Origin: Bdellovibrionota bacterium
GTDB lineage: Bacteria > Bdellovibrionota > UBA1018 > UBA923
Reading direction: 5' to 3'
DNA length: 54,330 bases
Assembly: GCA_040754655.1 (NCBI GenBank)
Contig: JBFMCE010000009.1
Coordinates: forward strand, 1 to 54,330
Every line of letters begins with the position of its first letter. Position 1 is the stretch's first letter. Both the position numbers and the translations under genes were made by a program. Of the stretch, positions 26,220-34,984 are shown in pieces. The notes beneath the pieces were generated by a model. It did no database searches, was not told the origin of the DNA, and worked only from the letters and a program-made list of their open reading frames with translations.

Positions 26220-27632
26220 TCATGCCGGGGGAGCTGGGATCTTAAAAATCTTCATCAAAGCCACTATGAATTGCTGGTCAAATTTTCCGGCTTGCATCGT
26301 ATTCATCCGTTGGATCGCGTCGGGTGGCGAGAGGTTCAAGCTCGACGGCCCTTTGAGTACCATAGTGCAAAACTCATTTGCCACCGATACGAGCCGTGCC
26401 ATGGGATGAATATGCTGTTTCGTGAGTCGCATCGGAAACCCCAAACCCAGGCAGTTTTCATGGTGTTGCAGGGCGATCTGCAGCACATCACTGGGCACCG
26501 AAGGAATCGCGCCCAAGAGATCCATCCCGCGTTGCGGGTGCGTCTCATACAACTGCACTTCTTCAGCCGTCATGTCTTTGCGTTGTTTGTCCAATATTTC
26601 GCGAGGGATCTCTTTCTTTCCGATGTCGTGCAGAAGCCCTCCCATCGCTATCTTGTAAATATTTGCGGTTGAGTGCCATCCTACTTTCTTCGCGATCATC
26701 ACGCTGTAGGTGCTGACGCCGAGGCCATGCGCGTAAAGATGGTCCGCGTGAGAGTTGAGCAGGCCCATGAGGTTCATCATATCGTCTGGTTCGGTCAAAA
26801 GTGATGTCGTCGATTCGACAATGGCCTTGGCGCTCTGAAACCCCTCTTCATCAACCCCGTTTAAATACAGGTGCTCCATGATCACTTCATTCGTATGCTT
26901 CAAGAAAGCGCGTTTTTTTTCCTTGGGGATGCTGCTTTTGGCGTTCACCAGGGGAAGCAGGGTGAGGTTGAACCCCATGTACTTCCGGAAATCGTCTTTG
27001 AGCATGTAGAGATAGCGGATGTTTTTCGCCTTATAAGCCTGTATTCGATCTAAAGGAAGGTCCTCTCCCTGATGAGCGACCTTGAGGTATTTTTTTTCTG
27101 AGATTCGAACATAAATGTCGTATTTGATCTCACGCCCGGAAATGAAATCATCGATGCTGAGTTTGCAGTAGTTGAGGTCTTGATTTTCCTCTTCTGCTTC
27201 TTCTTCAGCCTTGGGGTAAAGCCATTCGTGTAAGATTGACAAGAGTTCTTCTTTTTTAAAGGGTTTCGGCAAAAAACCACGGGCACCGAGCTCATACGCC
27301 TCCTTGGTTTCTTTCAATTCAGCAAAGCCCGTCATGAGAATGACGGGAAGGTTCGGCTTTTCTTTCCTGCAAAAATGCATGAGTTCGATTCCGCTAACGC
27401 CTGGCATATTGATGTCAGAGATCACGGCGTCAACGTCTTGAATCCCGATCACGTCTTTTGCGAGTTTGCCGTGTGCCGCCTGCGTGACTTGAAACCCTTC
27501 TTGAGAGAGCGCTAGAACCAGCGCGCTACGAAAAACATCGTCATCGTCAACGACCAATACGTGTTTCTTCGCGGCACCTTTTTTTGCAACGTCCTTTTTG
27601 GCTGCGTTTACGGTCGTGGATTTCGCTGACAT
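26220..27632 (-). CDS. REC + HD-GYP domain protein (c-di-GMP phosphodiesterase-like, variant motifs)
   Basis: VLVVDDD/SDINMP/KPF receiver; YAHG, LLHDIGK, THPQRG, QHHE..LGLGFP, RLVSVANEF. Confidence 0.88.
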   Translation of the reverse strand: MSAKSTTVNAAKKDVAKKGAAKKHVLVVDDDDVFRSALVLALSQEGFQVTQAAHGKLAKDVIGIQDVDAVISDINMPGVSGIELMHFCRKEKPNLPVILMTGFAELKETKEAYELGARGFLPKPFKKEELLSILHEWLYPKAEEEAEEENQDLNYCKLSIDDFISGREIKYDIYVRISEKKYLKVAHQGEDLPLDRIQAYKAKNIRYLYMLKDDFRKYMGFNLTLLPLVNAKSSIPKEKKRAFLKHTNEVIMEHLYLNGVDEEGFQSAKAIVESTTSLLTEPDDMMNLMGLLNSHADHLYAHGLGVSTYSVMIAKKVGWHSTANIYKIAMGGLLHDIGKKEIPREILDKQRKDMTAEEVQLYETHPQRGMDLLGAIPSVPSDVLQIALQHHENCLGLGFPMRLTKQHIHPMARLVSVANEFCTMVLKGPSSLNLSPPDAIQRMNTMQAGKFDQQFIVALMKIFKIPAPPA

Positions 27633-27674
27633 TTCCCCCCCCTTCTTTTCGAATTTCGAACTTGCGGTGAATCT

Positions 27675-27908
27675 TCATGAGGTTTTTGAGCTTGGCACGC
27701 CCTGTTGAATCAGGATTTGCCGTCTCTCCTCAATTTTCTTCTTTATTTGGCCAAGAACATCAAAAACCTGCTGGGCTTGAGCGAGTTCATCTGGGTTCGC
27801 ATTAGGTCTATTTTTCATGCTATCGAGCACCATGTCCAGAACGAATATGGCTGTTCCGACGGGGCTGGCGATATCATGCAGAAACTTTCTTTCCTCTGTC
27901 TCAATCAT
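27675..27908 (-). CDS. small stand-alone HisKA-like (H-box) protein
   Basis: 77 aa; ERKFLHDIASPVGTA resembles an H-box followed by a second helix; AGAGGAAAA RBS; sits inside the operon. Confidence 0.65.
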   Translation of the reverse strand: MIETEERKFLHDIASPVGTAIFVLDMVLDSMKNRPNANPDELAQAQQVFDVLGQIKKKIEERRQILIQQGVPSSKTS

Positions 27909-27918
27909 AATTTTTCCT

Positions 27919-28329
27919 CTATTGGGCGGCTGTGTCGTGAGAAATGTTCAATACCTCAAGGACAGTGGTCATCAAATGCTTTCGGTCGAAGGGTTTCGCG
28001 ATTACTTTCTTTGCTCCTTTGGCAAGGCAACTCTCCTCGGTCGTGTCTGCGAAGCCGGTTACGAAGATCACGGCGGGAATGCCAGGATTGTAGGCTCGAA
28101 TTTGCTCTAACAGCGACAGGCCGTCGCCACCGGGCATGCGAATATCTGAGATTACAAGATCGATTTTGTTGGCCTTCACGAGCTCGAAAGCCTTTGCGCC
28201 GCTTTCCGACACCAGAACGGTGAACCCTTTTCGCTTGAAATCAAAAGCTATCGCGTTCCGAAGGGTTTCATCATCATCTACCACCAAGATCGTATATTTT
28301 TTCAGGCTTTGCATAGGGCTGTCCTTCAT
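27919..28329 (-). CDS. single-domain response regulator (REC)
   Basis: ILVVDDD, ISDIRMP, VTG, KPF. Confidence 0.92.
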   Translation of the reverse strand: MKDSPMQSLKKYTILVVDDDETLRNAIAFDFKRKGFTVLVSESGAKAFELVKANKIDLVISDIRMPGGDGLSLLEQIRAYNPGIPAVIFVTGFADTTEESCLAKGAKKVIAKPFDRKHLMTTVLEVLNISHDTAAQ

Positions 28330-28330
28330 T

Positions 28331-30346
28331 TTAAGCGGCAGTGGCTCTGGTTTTGTTTGGTTGTATCTTAGGCAAACAGATTATGAAGCTTGTGTTCTCG
28401 CACTCGGGATCGATCTTTAGCTCGCCCCCGTGACTTCTCACTAGACCAAGCGAGATGCTAAGTCCCATTCCCGTGCCTTTTCCTATTCCCTTGGTTGTAA
28501 AGAAGGGTTGAAATATTTTCTTCCGGACTTCCGGTGGGATTCCGGGACCGCTATCCGTGACTCGAATTTGGATTTGGTTTTCTTTCTCGGTCACTGAGAT
28601 CTTGATCCATTTTTCCTCAAGGTCGGCAATGGCATCGTGAGCATTGTTCAGCAGGTTGAGAAGCACTTGCGAGATATCAATAGACCGTCCATCAAATCGG
28701 ATAGAAGGCTCTAGCTCGCTGACCTGGACTTTGGTTCCATTGCTTTTAAAGCGTTCGTGGCAGAAGCTCAGGGTCTCATCGACGAGCTTTTTCACGTCTA
28801 CGGCGCTGAACGAGTCATTGCTGCCATCTCGCGAGAAGATCCTCAACCCTTGCACAATCTTTGCGATCCGATCAGAAGTCGTCACGACCTGAGAAGCCAT
28901 ATTGCTGATGAGGTTTCTGTCAAGAGGGTCATCCTTGACGACCTCCTCGATTTGAGACGATAAAGTGTGTATTGAAGCGAGCGGAGTGTTGATTTCATGC
29001 GCGATTTCACCCGCCATTTCGCCAAGCGCTGACATCTTTGCGGAAGCCAGCAGCGTTTGCTGTTGGCTGAGGACCATTTGCTGCGATTCTTTCAACGCTT
29101 TGGTCCTTGCGTCGACTTTTTCTTCCAGTGAATGGTTGAACTGCACGATCTCATCATGGGCGCGCCGCAGGTCATCATTTGCTTTTTTTCTTTCAAAAAC
29201 TTGCCCGACCTGGCGACCGATGTGACTGGCGGTGCTGAATAACGCGTTGTCTTTATTAATAACCTCATCAGAGATGAACTCGAGGACAGCGACCGTCTTT
29301 CCAAACGCAACGATAGGGAAAGCGAATGCCGAACGAATCACTAGTGCATCAGAGAGTCCGCGCACGAGAAAAGACTGGTCTTGGGCGGCGTCTTCGATCC
29401 AAATCGGGTTGCCTGTTTTCAAGACTTGTCCGGCCAACCCGATCGTCGGTCTCGACGGATTCCCCTCATTGAGTGGGCCGCGGTAAGCCTGAAATCTCTC
29501 TGATTCGGGTAAGTGCCAGAAGCCCATCGGGGTCAAGGCGCTTGAATCGTTGCCGCTCGCGACATAGGCGCGGCCGGCAGGCCATCTCGAATGCTGGCAT
29601 ACCAGCCGTAGCGCCTGCTTCATGCCCTCATCCGGTGTTTGAGATTCATTCGCGATGACCGCGATATCCAAGAGAAGTTTGACCTGATTGCGTTCGTCCG
29701 AGAGTTGCTCTGATTTGTCTTCGAGCCTTACGTGGCTTTCTGAGGTGAAGCGCAACTCGGCCAACGCCAACTTGATCGAATAGATGAGTATCAAATCTTC
29801 AAAGGCTACCCAGGCTGCATGCTCTAAGGCCCGCCACGGAGTGGCGGTGAGCACTCCATACACGGATTGAGGCCAAAAAAAGCCACGCATTAGATGATCA
29901 ATCGCGGTGATAGCGGTTGCTATCAAGACCACCCTGACGTCCCTGTAAGACGCCAAAAACGCCAACGATCCAAAAACGTGGAAGTGAGTCTCGATCCGAC
30001 CGCCGGTCAAATGAATGAAGAGCACTGAAAACGAAATCTGGGAGACGGCGACAATCATGCGATTGAGCGTCGCGCCCGGTTTTTTCAAGATACAATAGAT
30101 TGGAAGGCTTGCGAGAAGCCCGCCTATGAGTATGGCGGCATAAATATGGACGTGGGTTTCGCTATATTCCCCTGACCATGTTCTTGGCGAAACTGCGACC
30201 GCGAAGACGATTCCCAGGATCCACTGAAAAAGAAGGAGGAAGCCAAAGAGCCGATCGGTCTTCTTCACGCGATTCACGTAGCGGTCTGAGAAAACCTCCG
30301 AAATGCGTCTTTCGTACGTTTCAGGCTTGCAATGTCGAGGGCTCAT
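28331..30346 (-). CDS. membrane sensor histidine kinase with His-rich TM input domain and GAF (RedC-like)
   Basis: TM region with IHLTGGRIETHFHVFGSLAFL.SYRD...DH..RG.FWPQSVYG...EHAAWV.FED; GAF (GLAGQVL.TG.PIWIED); AHEINTPL H-box. Confidence 0.9.
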   Translation of the reverse strand: MSPRHCKPETYERRISEVFSDRYVNRVKKTDRLFGFLLLFQWILGIVFAVAVSPRTWSGEYSETHVHIYAAILIGGLLASLPIYCILKKPGATLNRMIVAVSQISFSVLFIHLTGGRIETHFHVFGSLAFLASYRDVRVVLIATAITAIDHLMRGFFWPQSVYGVLTATPWRALEHAAWVAFEDLILIYSIKLALAELRFTSESHVRLEDKSEQLSDERNQVKLLLDIAVIANESQTPDEGMKQALRLVCQHSRWPAGRAYVASGNDSSALTPMGFWHLPESERFQAYRGPLNEGNPSRPTIGLAGQVLKTGNPIWIEDAAQDQSFLVRGLSDALVIRSAFAFPIVAFGKTVAVLEFISDEVINKDNALFSTASHIGRQVGQVFERKKANDDLRRAHDEIVQFNHSLEEKVDARTKALKESQQMVLSQQQTLLASAKMSALGEMAGEIAHEINTPLASIHTLSSQIEEVVKDDPLDRNLISNMASQVVTTSDRIAKIVQGLRIFSRDGSNDSFSAVDVKKLVDETLSFCHERFKSNGTKVQVSELEPSIRFDGRSIDISQVLLNLLNNAHDAIADLEEKWIKISVTEKENQIQIRVTDSGPGIPPEVRKKIFQPFFTTKGIGKGTGMGLSISLGLVRSHGGELKIDPECENTSFIICLPKIQPNKTRATAA

Positions 30347-30966
30347 TGCTGACCCCTTGCCACAGCTCGCTCCGGACTCTTGAGTGCGCAGCCGAACACC
30401 GGGGCGGAAGCGAGCGTGGCCTTTCCCGTTTTGATGAAATGCAAAATCGCATCCCGGCCCTGGCTATCGCCCATGTGCCCGCGTTCACGGGTGAGCCCTC
30501 CTTGAAAGGCAAGCTTGCCTTGATTGTCATAAAGAAACGCTTGCCCCGAGGTTTTGGCTCCGAACCTTTGAGCCTCGAGTCCATCTTCGTCGACAATGGC
30601 TTGCACTTCCGAAAGCCCCTGCGCCTTTTGCCAGAGGTCGCTTTTCACCCAGGCTTCGTCTTTAGCCTTTGGCTTGAAAAAAACCACCAGGCTTTTTACT
30701 TTGCCTTGGATGTGGGGGATGAGCCGCTCGAGTTCGCCCACGGTCGCTTTTGAGCACGGACAATGGGGATGGGCAAAAATGACCAGGTTCGCCTTGTCTG
30801 AGTCACGTACAAGTTGAGTTTTTGCGGGCCAGACCTTCTGAAGGGGCAGTGCAGCATCTCCTGGCGTATTTGAATACAAAAAGAGCTGCCAGAAGCCCAT
30901 GCCGACCAAGGACAGCCATGCCACTACGAGAAGCGATTTTCTTGATCTTTCTAGAGTATGAGGCAT
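30343..30966 (-). CDS. redB: RedB-like thioredoxin-fold membrane-anchored protein
   Basis: N-terminal TM helix, FAHPHCPCSKAT, FGAKTSG..FLYD..G.L.FQGGLT..RGH.G, PVFGC; recalled similarity to Myxococcus RedB, not searched. Confidence 0.7.
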   Translation of the reverse strand: MPHTLERSRKSLLVVAWLSLVGMGFWQLFLYSNTPGDAALPLQKVWPAKTQLVRDSDKANLVIFAHPHCPCSKATVGELERLIPHIQGKVKSLVVFFKPKAKDEAWVKSDLWQKAQGLSEVQAIVDEDGLEAQRFGAKTSGQAFLYDNQGKLAFQGGLTRERGHMGDSQGRDAILHFIKTGKATLASAPVFGCALKSPERAVARGQQ

Positions 30967-30975
30967 TACATAGAT

Positions 30976-31002
30976 GGATCGGAAACTTCATATGTAAATT
31001 TA
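30976..31002 (-). promoter_or_regulatory. sigma28 (FliA)-type promoter of the signalling operon
   Basis: Minus strand TAAA-N15-TCCGATCC, 9 nt before ATG 30966. Confidence 0.55.
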
Positions 31003-31222
31003 GCATTATCTTTTCTTTTTTCCGGAATCCCTAGGCGTCTTTTAGCGCGCCCTCACTACGGAACTGCTTCTGAGATGGCTTCTAATGGTCTGGAAAAGCA
31101 TTTAATGACGGCATTTTACGGCGAGTTCTTAAGAGAAATTAACTTGTAGGGCGTTGGCGCCAGTTTTAAAGTTCGCTACGCAAGACAATGCATTTCCAAT
31201 TTCCTGCCCACCGGAGCTTTGC

Positions 31223-32314
31223 ATGAAAATGCCCCCCTCTCAATCCGTCGAGATCAGCGATCTTAAGGTCGAGTACGAACGTTTTTTTGAGGCCTCGTTA
31301 GACATGCTTTGCATCTCTAGCTACGACGGCCATTTCAAAAAGGTGAATCCAGCTTTTGAAAAGACTCTTGGTTTTCCAGCTGAAGAACTCTGCACAAAGT
31401 CTTATTTGGATTTCATCCATCCCGACGACATCGAGCGGACTCTCGATGAGGTTAAGAAGCAGCTTCTGATGAAGCAACACGTCCTTAGCTTTGAAAACCG
31501 TTATCGATGCAAAGATGGTTCTTACAAGTGGCTCTCGTGGACCTCAGCCCCAGTAGGCCAATACATGTACGCGGTCGCGAGGGACGTGACTGACGCTAAG
31601 CTAGCCAATGACGAGTTGAAGAAGGCTCGAGACGCACTTCAAATCATGAATTCTGAGCTCGAGTCGTTCAGTTATTCGGTGGCTCACGATCTGCGCGCGC
31701 CTGTCCGAAGCATAGCGGGATTCGGCGCAACCATTCTAAAAGATCCAGAGTCGGCTCTTTCGGCGGAATCAAGGAAGGATTTGGAGAGAGTGCTTAATGC
31801 AGCAAAAAGAATGGGGGTTCTCATTGATTCCCTTCTTAAACTCTCGCAATTGGCCAGAAAGGACTTGGTCAAGCAACCCGTCAACTTATCGATCTTTGTC
31901 CGTGACGTGGCTAATGAACTCCAAGCCTTGAACCCCGAACGGAAAGTCAGTTTCGTCATTGCCGAGGATGTCATTGTCGACGGCGATCCGGAATTGCTGA
32001 GAATGGTGATCTCAAATTTGGTTGGCAATGCGTGGAAGTACTCTTCAAAGTCTGATCGCGATATCACCATTGAGTTTGGTCAGAGCAATAAGGATGGCGT
32101 TCGCGTCTTGTTTGTCCGTGATAATGGCGCGGGTTTTGACATGAAATACAAGGCGAAGCTTTTTGGTGTTTTTCAGCGCCTCCATTCGAATCAAGAGTTC
32201 GAAGGCACAGGAGTTGGCCTTGCCACTACACAGAAAATCATTCTACGCCACGGCGGGCGAATATGGGCGAGCGCAGCCCCTGACGAAGGTGCGACGTTTT
32301 ATTTTACGCTCTAA
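31223..32314 (+). CDS. PAS sensor histidine kinase
   Basis: PAS (FIHPDD, FENRYRCKDGSYKWLSW), ESFSYSVAHDLRAP H-box, NLVGNAWKY, DNGAGFDM, GTGVGLA; GGAG RBS before ATG 31223. Confidence 0.92.
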   Translation: MKMPPSQSVEISDLKVEYERFFEASLDMLCISSYDGHFKKVNPAFEKTLGFPAEELCTKSYLDFIHPDDIERTLDEVKKQLLMKQHVLSFENRYRCKDGSYKWLSWTSAPVGQYMYAVARDVTDAKLANDELKKARDALQIMNSELESFSYSVAHDLRAPVRSIAGFGATILKDPESALSAESRKDLERVLNAAKRMGVLIDSLLKLSQLARKDLVKQPVNLSIFVRDVANELQALNPERKVSFVIAEDVIVDGDPELLRMVISNLVGNAWKYSSKSDRDITIEFGQSNKDGVRVLFVRDNGAGFDMKYKAKLFGVFQRLHSNQEFEGTGVGLATTQKIILRHGGRIWASAAPDEGATFYFTL

Positions 32315-32393
32315 CTGGATGCTTTACAGTGCGGCGCAATATTTATAGAAGGAGCCGGTCGTACAAAGTCCAGTAAAGGAAGTAAGGTGGTCA

Positions 32394-33356
32394 ATGCTCA
32401 AATTCAAGTTCTTGCTTTTTGTATTTTGGGGACTGGTCTTGAGTTTCCCAGGATTTGCATCTCCGGCAGGAGGGCCGTTTCTAGACATCCCAAAGGACAT
32501 GGTTGGCAGGATCGGGGGAGCGGCAGGGCTTGATACAGAGGGTAACTTGGGTGGTCTAGGACAGCTTTCTATTGGGCGAACGTTCACAAGCTACTTTGAT
32601 CTCACCGCCGGTGGCATTGAAGGAAATCTTCTTATGCGAGGGCTTCTGTATGGCAAGGTTTTTCCGATCACAGATAAACCTTCGAGCGCTTGGACCGGTG
32701 AAACAGGCAAGTGGCCTGAGCAGTATAGTCCTGCTGAACTTTATCAAGAACTTCTGGAGCCGGCATTGTTCTTCAACCTCGTTCAAGTTGGCGTAAATAC
32801 TTTGGGAAGCGTTCGCACAAGTGCGATTGAGTTTGGCTTTGGAGCTGTCAACTCCGATAAAGGCGCGAATGAAGCCAATTACGGAAAAGCGGGTTTTCTG
32901 ATCCAACCTCTTGCGGTTGATTTTGAAGACAGCACTGGGTTTGCACGTGCTGCTCCAGGAGCTGCCCTTGTGGTTGAGCAAGGGTGGGAAATACTGCGGC
33001 TAAAACTTCTTGCTGAAGCCGCACTGACTTCGCCTGCCTCAGTTGACCCATCTTATTCTTATGTCAACTCTGGCAGCATGCCCGTTGTCTTGCCTGATGG
33101 CAGTCAAGGGATGGCTGATGTTACTCTACGTAGATTAGACAGCGAAGGGTTTCGGCAAGAGAAGTGGGAGCCGATGTTCAACGGACTCGCTGAGTTTCGT
33201 GTGCAGTTCATTCGAGGCGCGTACGTAGGTCTGCTCGGTATTTTCAGCGCTAAGAGTTTGAATGTTGTCCAAACTACAGGCGAAAAAGTAGGCGAAGAGA
33301 TGGATTTCTCCGATAGACGATGGGCCGTGTTTCTATTGGCGGGCTTCGGAAATTGA
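32394..33356 (+). CDS. hypothetical secreted / probable outer-membrane protein
   Basis: 320-aa ORF, signal peptide, beta-strand-rich; no family recognised. Confidence 0.6.
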   Translation: MLKFKFLLFVFWGLVLSFPGFASPAGGPFLDIPKDMVGRIGGAAGLDTEGNLGGLGQLSIGRTFTSYFDLTAGGIEGNLLMRGLLYGKVFPITDKPSSAWTGETGKWPEQYSPAELYQELLEPALFFNLVQVGVNTLGSVRTSAIEFGFGAVNSDKGANEANYGKAGFLIQPLAVDFEDSTGFARAAPGAALVVEQGWEILRLKLLAEAALTSPASVDPSYSYVNSGSMPVVLPDGSQGMADVTLRRLDSEGFRQEKWEPMFNGLAEFRVQFIRGAYVGLLGIFSAKSLNVVQTTGEKVGEEMDFSDRRWAVFLLAGFGN

Positions 33357-33387
33357 GGTCTTGTTTCAGCTCCTTCGTTCTCGGTGG

Positions 33388-34095
33388 TTACTGTGCCAGT
33401 GTTTTAAAAGCTTGAGCGAAGTCTTCTTGGTATTTTTGCGATTTCTTCAACTCATCGTAAATAAGAAGTGCGAGCGCTCGGCCTGCTTCGACGTCGCTAG
33501 GGTGGTGCATGCCCGAAAGAACCCGGTGTTTTCCAATTTCAATCGATCTTGTTTCAAGTTGATCGCGTGTTTTAGAGTCAAAATCAGCCAAGATGAGAGC
33601 AAATAACTTTGAAAGCACGGCGTGGCCGCTAGGATAAGCGCCTGTGACTTCCCTAGGAACGCAAGGAGTGAGCGACGCCATGTAGAGAAAAGGGCGCTGT
33701 CTGGGAAAGTCTTTCTTTAATCTTTGGATAAAATAATCTGCATCGTTGCGAACTTGTTCAAAGAACGGTGAGAGCTTTGTAAGGCGCCCTTCATCTAGCG
33801 GGCCATGTGGCTTTCCGTAAAAACTTTTGAGACTGACAAAGACCTCGTTCTTGGCTGCTTCACAGTTCTCGGGTCTTCTGGTGTTTTGAAGGTCCGTGAG
33901 AGTTTTTTCATCTCGTTTCTGCGCACTACTACCCATTTTGGGAGGAAGGGGAAGCGCTTTCTTGAGTGTCGTGTAGAGATCTTTGCTGACATACAGAGGA
34001 TCTTTAGGTGTCGGGTGGTGAACGGTATTTGCGTGGGTTGCAACCAACGTAAACTGAGAGCAAAGAATCATGAGAAGCATAGAAATCTTAAGCAT
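33388..34095 (-). CDS. class A non-specific acid phosphatase (PAP2 family)
   Basis: KKDFPRQRP, AYPSGHA, RVLSGMHHPSDVEAG; signal peptide; AAGGAG RBS. Confidence 0.92.
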   Translation of the reverse strand: MLKISMLLMILCSQFTLVATHANTVHHPTPKDPLYVSKDLYTTLKKALPLPPKMGSSAQKRDEKTLTDLQNTRRPENCEAAKNEVFVSLKSFYGKPHGPLDEGRLTKLSPFFEQVRNDADYFIQRLKKDFPRQRPFLYMASLTPCVPREVTGAYPSGHAVLSKLFALILADFDSKTRDQLETRSIEIGKHRVLSGMHHPSDVEAGRALALLIYDELKKSQKYQEDFAQAFKTLAQ

Positions 34096-34193
34096 GTCCG
34101 TTCTCCTTGAAAGGCTAAAGAATCATCCGGGCCTGCTTACTCTTCACATCGCTAAAACGCAATTATGATCTTTTTTGATACCGACGGCGCTCG

Positions 34194-34440
34194 AGGGTGT
34201 TTGAAGAGTACTCAACTTCGTCGACGAAGCGACGGGTCGAAAAATAGTTGTAGTCGATTTTTCCTTTTAAAATCAACGTCAAGCTCTAGCTGATCGATTG
34301 CTCCGCTGGAGAAGCTCTGAACTTCCCAAACAACCGCCGGCGAAGTTGAAAAATCTCCCAACACCCTCTGGAGAAGTTGAGTACCCTTGAAACAGCCCTG
34401 AGGAGAGGTTGATCACTTTCCGGGCACCCTCCGGAGAATC
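34194..34440. repeat. degenerate ~31-bp tandem array (5 units plus a partial) with an inverted copy
   Basis: Units start at 34280, 34311, 34342, 34373, 34405, 34436 (consensus GAAGTTGA-N~11-CACCC(T/G)CYGGA); 34194-34219 is the reverse complement of 34373-34399 with 2 mismatches and 1 indel. Confidence 0.65.
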
Positions 34441-34581
34441 CGTCCCCCGGCGCCAGAGTGGCAAAGAGTTTCAACCTCTTCTGCATAGTGCGGCTGAGAC
34501 CGGTTTGCCGCCGTAGAATCGGGATCGTTTATTCAGGTCAAGCAGGTACCCTCCGTTTTCTGCGGTGAAGGCTCGTCTTTC

Positions 34582-34953
34582 CTAGAAAGGTCCGTTTTCG
34601 TTTGGAGAATCTTTCATGATTTCTTGGCCCAAGTCCCAAAGTTCCACCACACGATCGTCTTCAAACCTAAAAATGTGCACGACAGCAACCGAAGGTTGAT
34701 CAGGATTATTCCTCACGACAAGGGAATGGGTGACAACAGTATCGCCGTCTTCAAAGATCTGTTTCACCTCTAGAGACCTGTTGGGGCTTACTTGATGGGC
34801 CTCTATCATGGCGGCTCTCAAAGACTCACGATCCCCTTTGAAGTATTGGTTGTGGTGAATGAAAGTGGGTGCGATGAATTTCTCATACGCATCTTTGACT
34901 TGGCCAGAGGCAGCCATTCTTAAGAACGAGGTTGCCATCTCTTTTTTTGTCAT
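34582..34953 (-). CDS. SnoaL-like / NTF2 family protein
   Basis: FIHHN.YFKGDRESL, FEDGDTVVTHS, AVVHIFRFED.RVVELWD. Confidence 0.88.
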   Translation of the reverse strand: MTKKEMATSFLRMAASGQVKDAYEKFIAPTFIHHNQYFKGDRESLRAAMIEAHQVSPNRSLEVKQIFEDGDTVVTHSLVVRNNPDQPSVAVVHIFRFEDDRVVELWDLGQEIMKDSPNENGPF

Positions 34954-34984
34954 GGTTTAAAAATCTCCCGTATATTCTCGTACT

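Noticed and set aside
34279..34486. Two short minus-strand ORFs (61 and 66 aa), and a CRISPR interpretation of the repeats
   Set aside because: No protein motifs; the repeat period is not a multiple of 3; no constant repeat/unique spacer structure and no cas genes in the window
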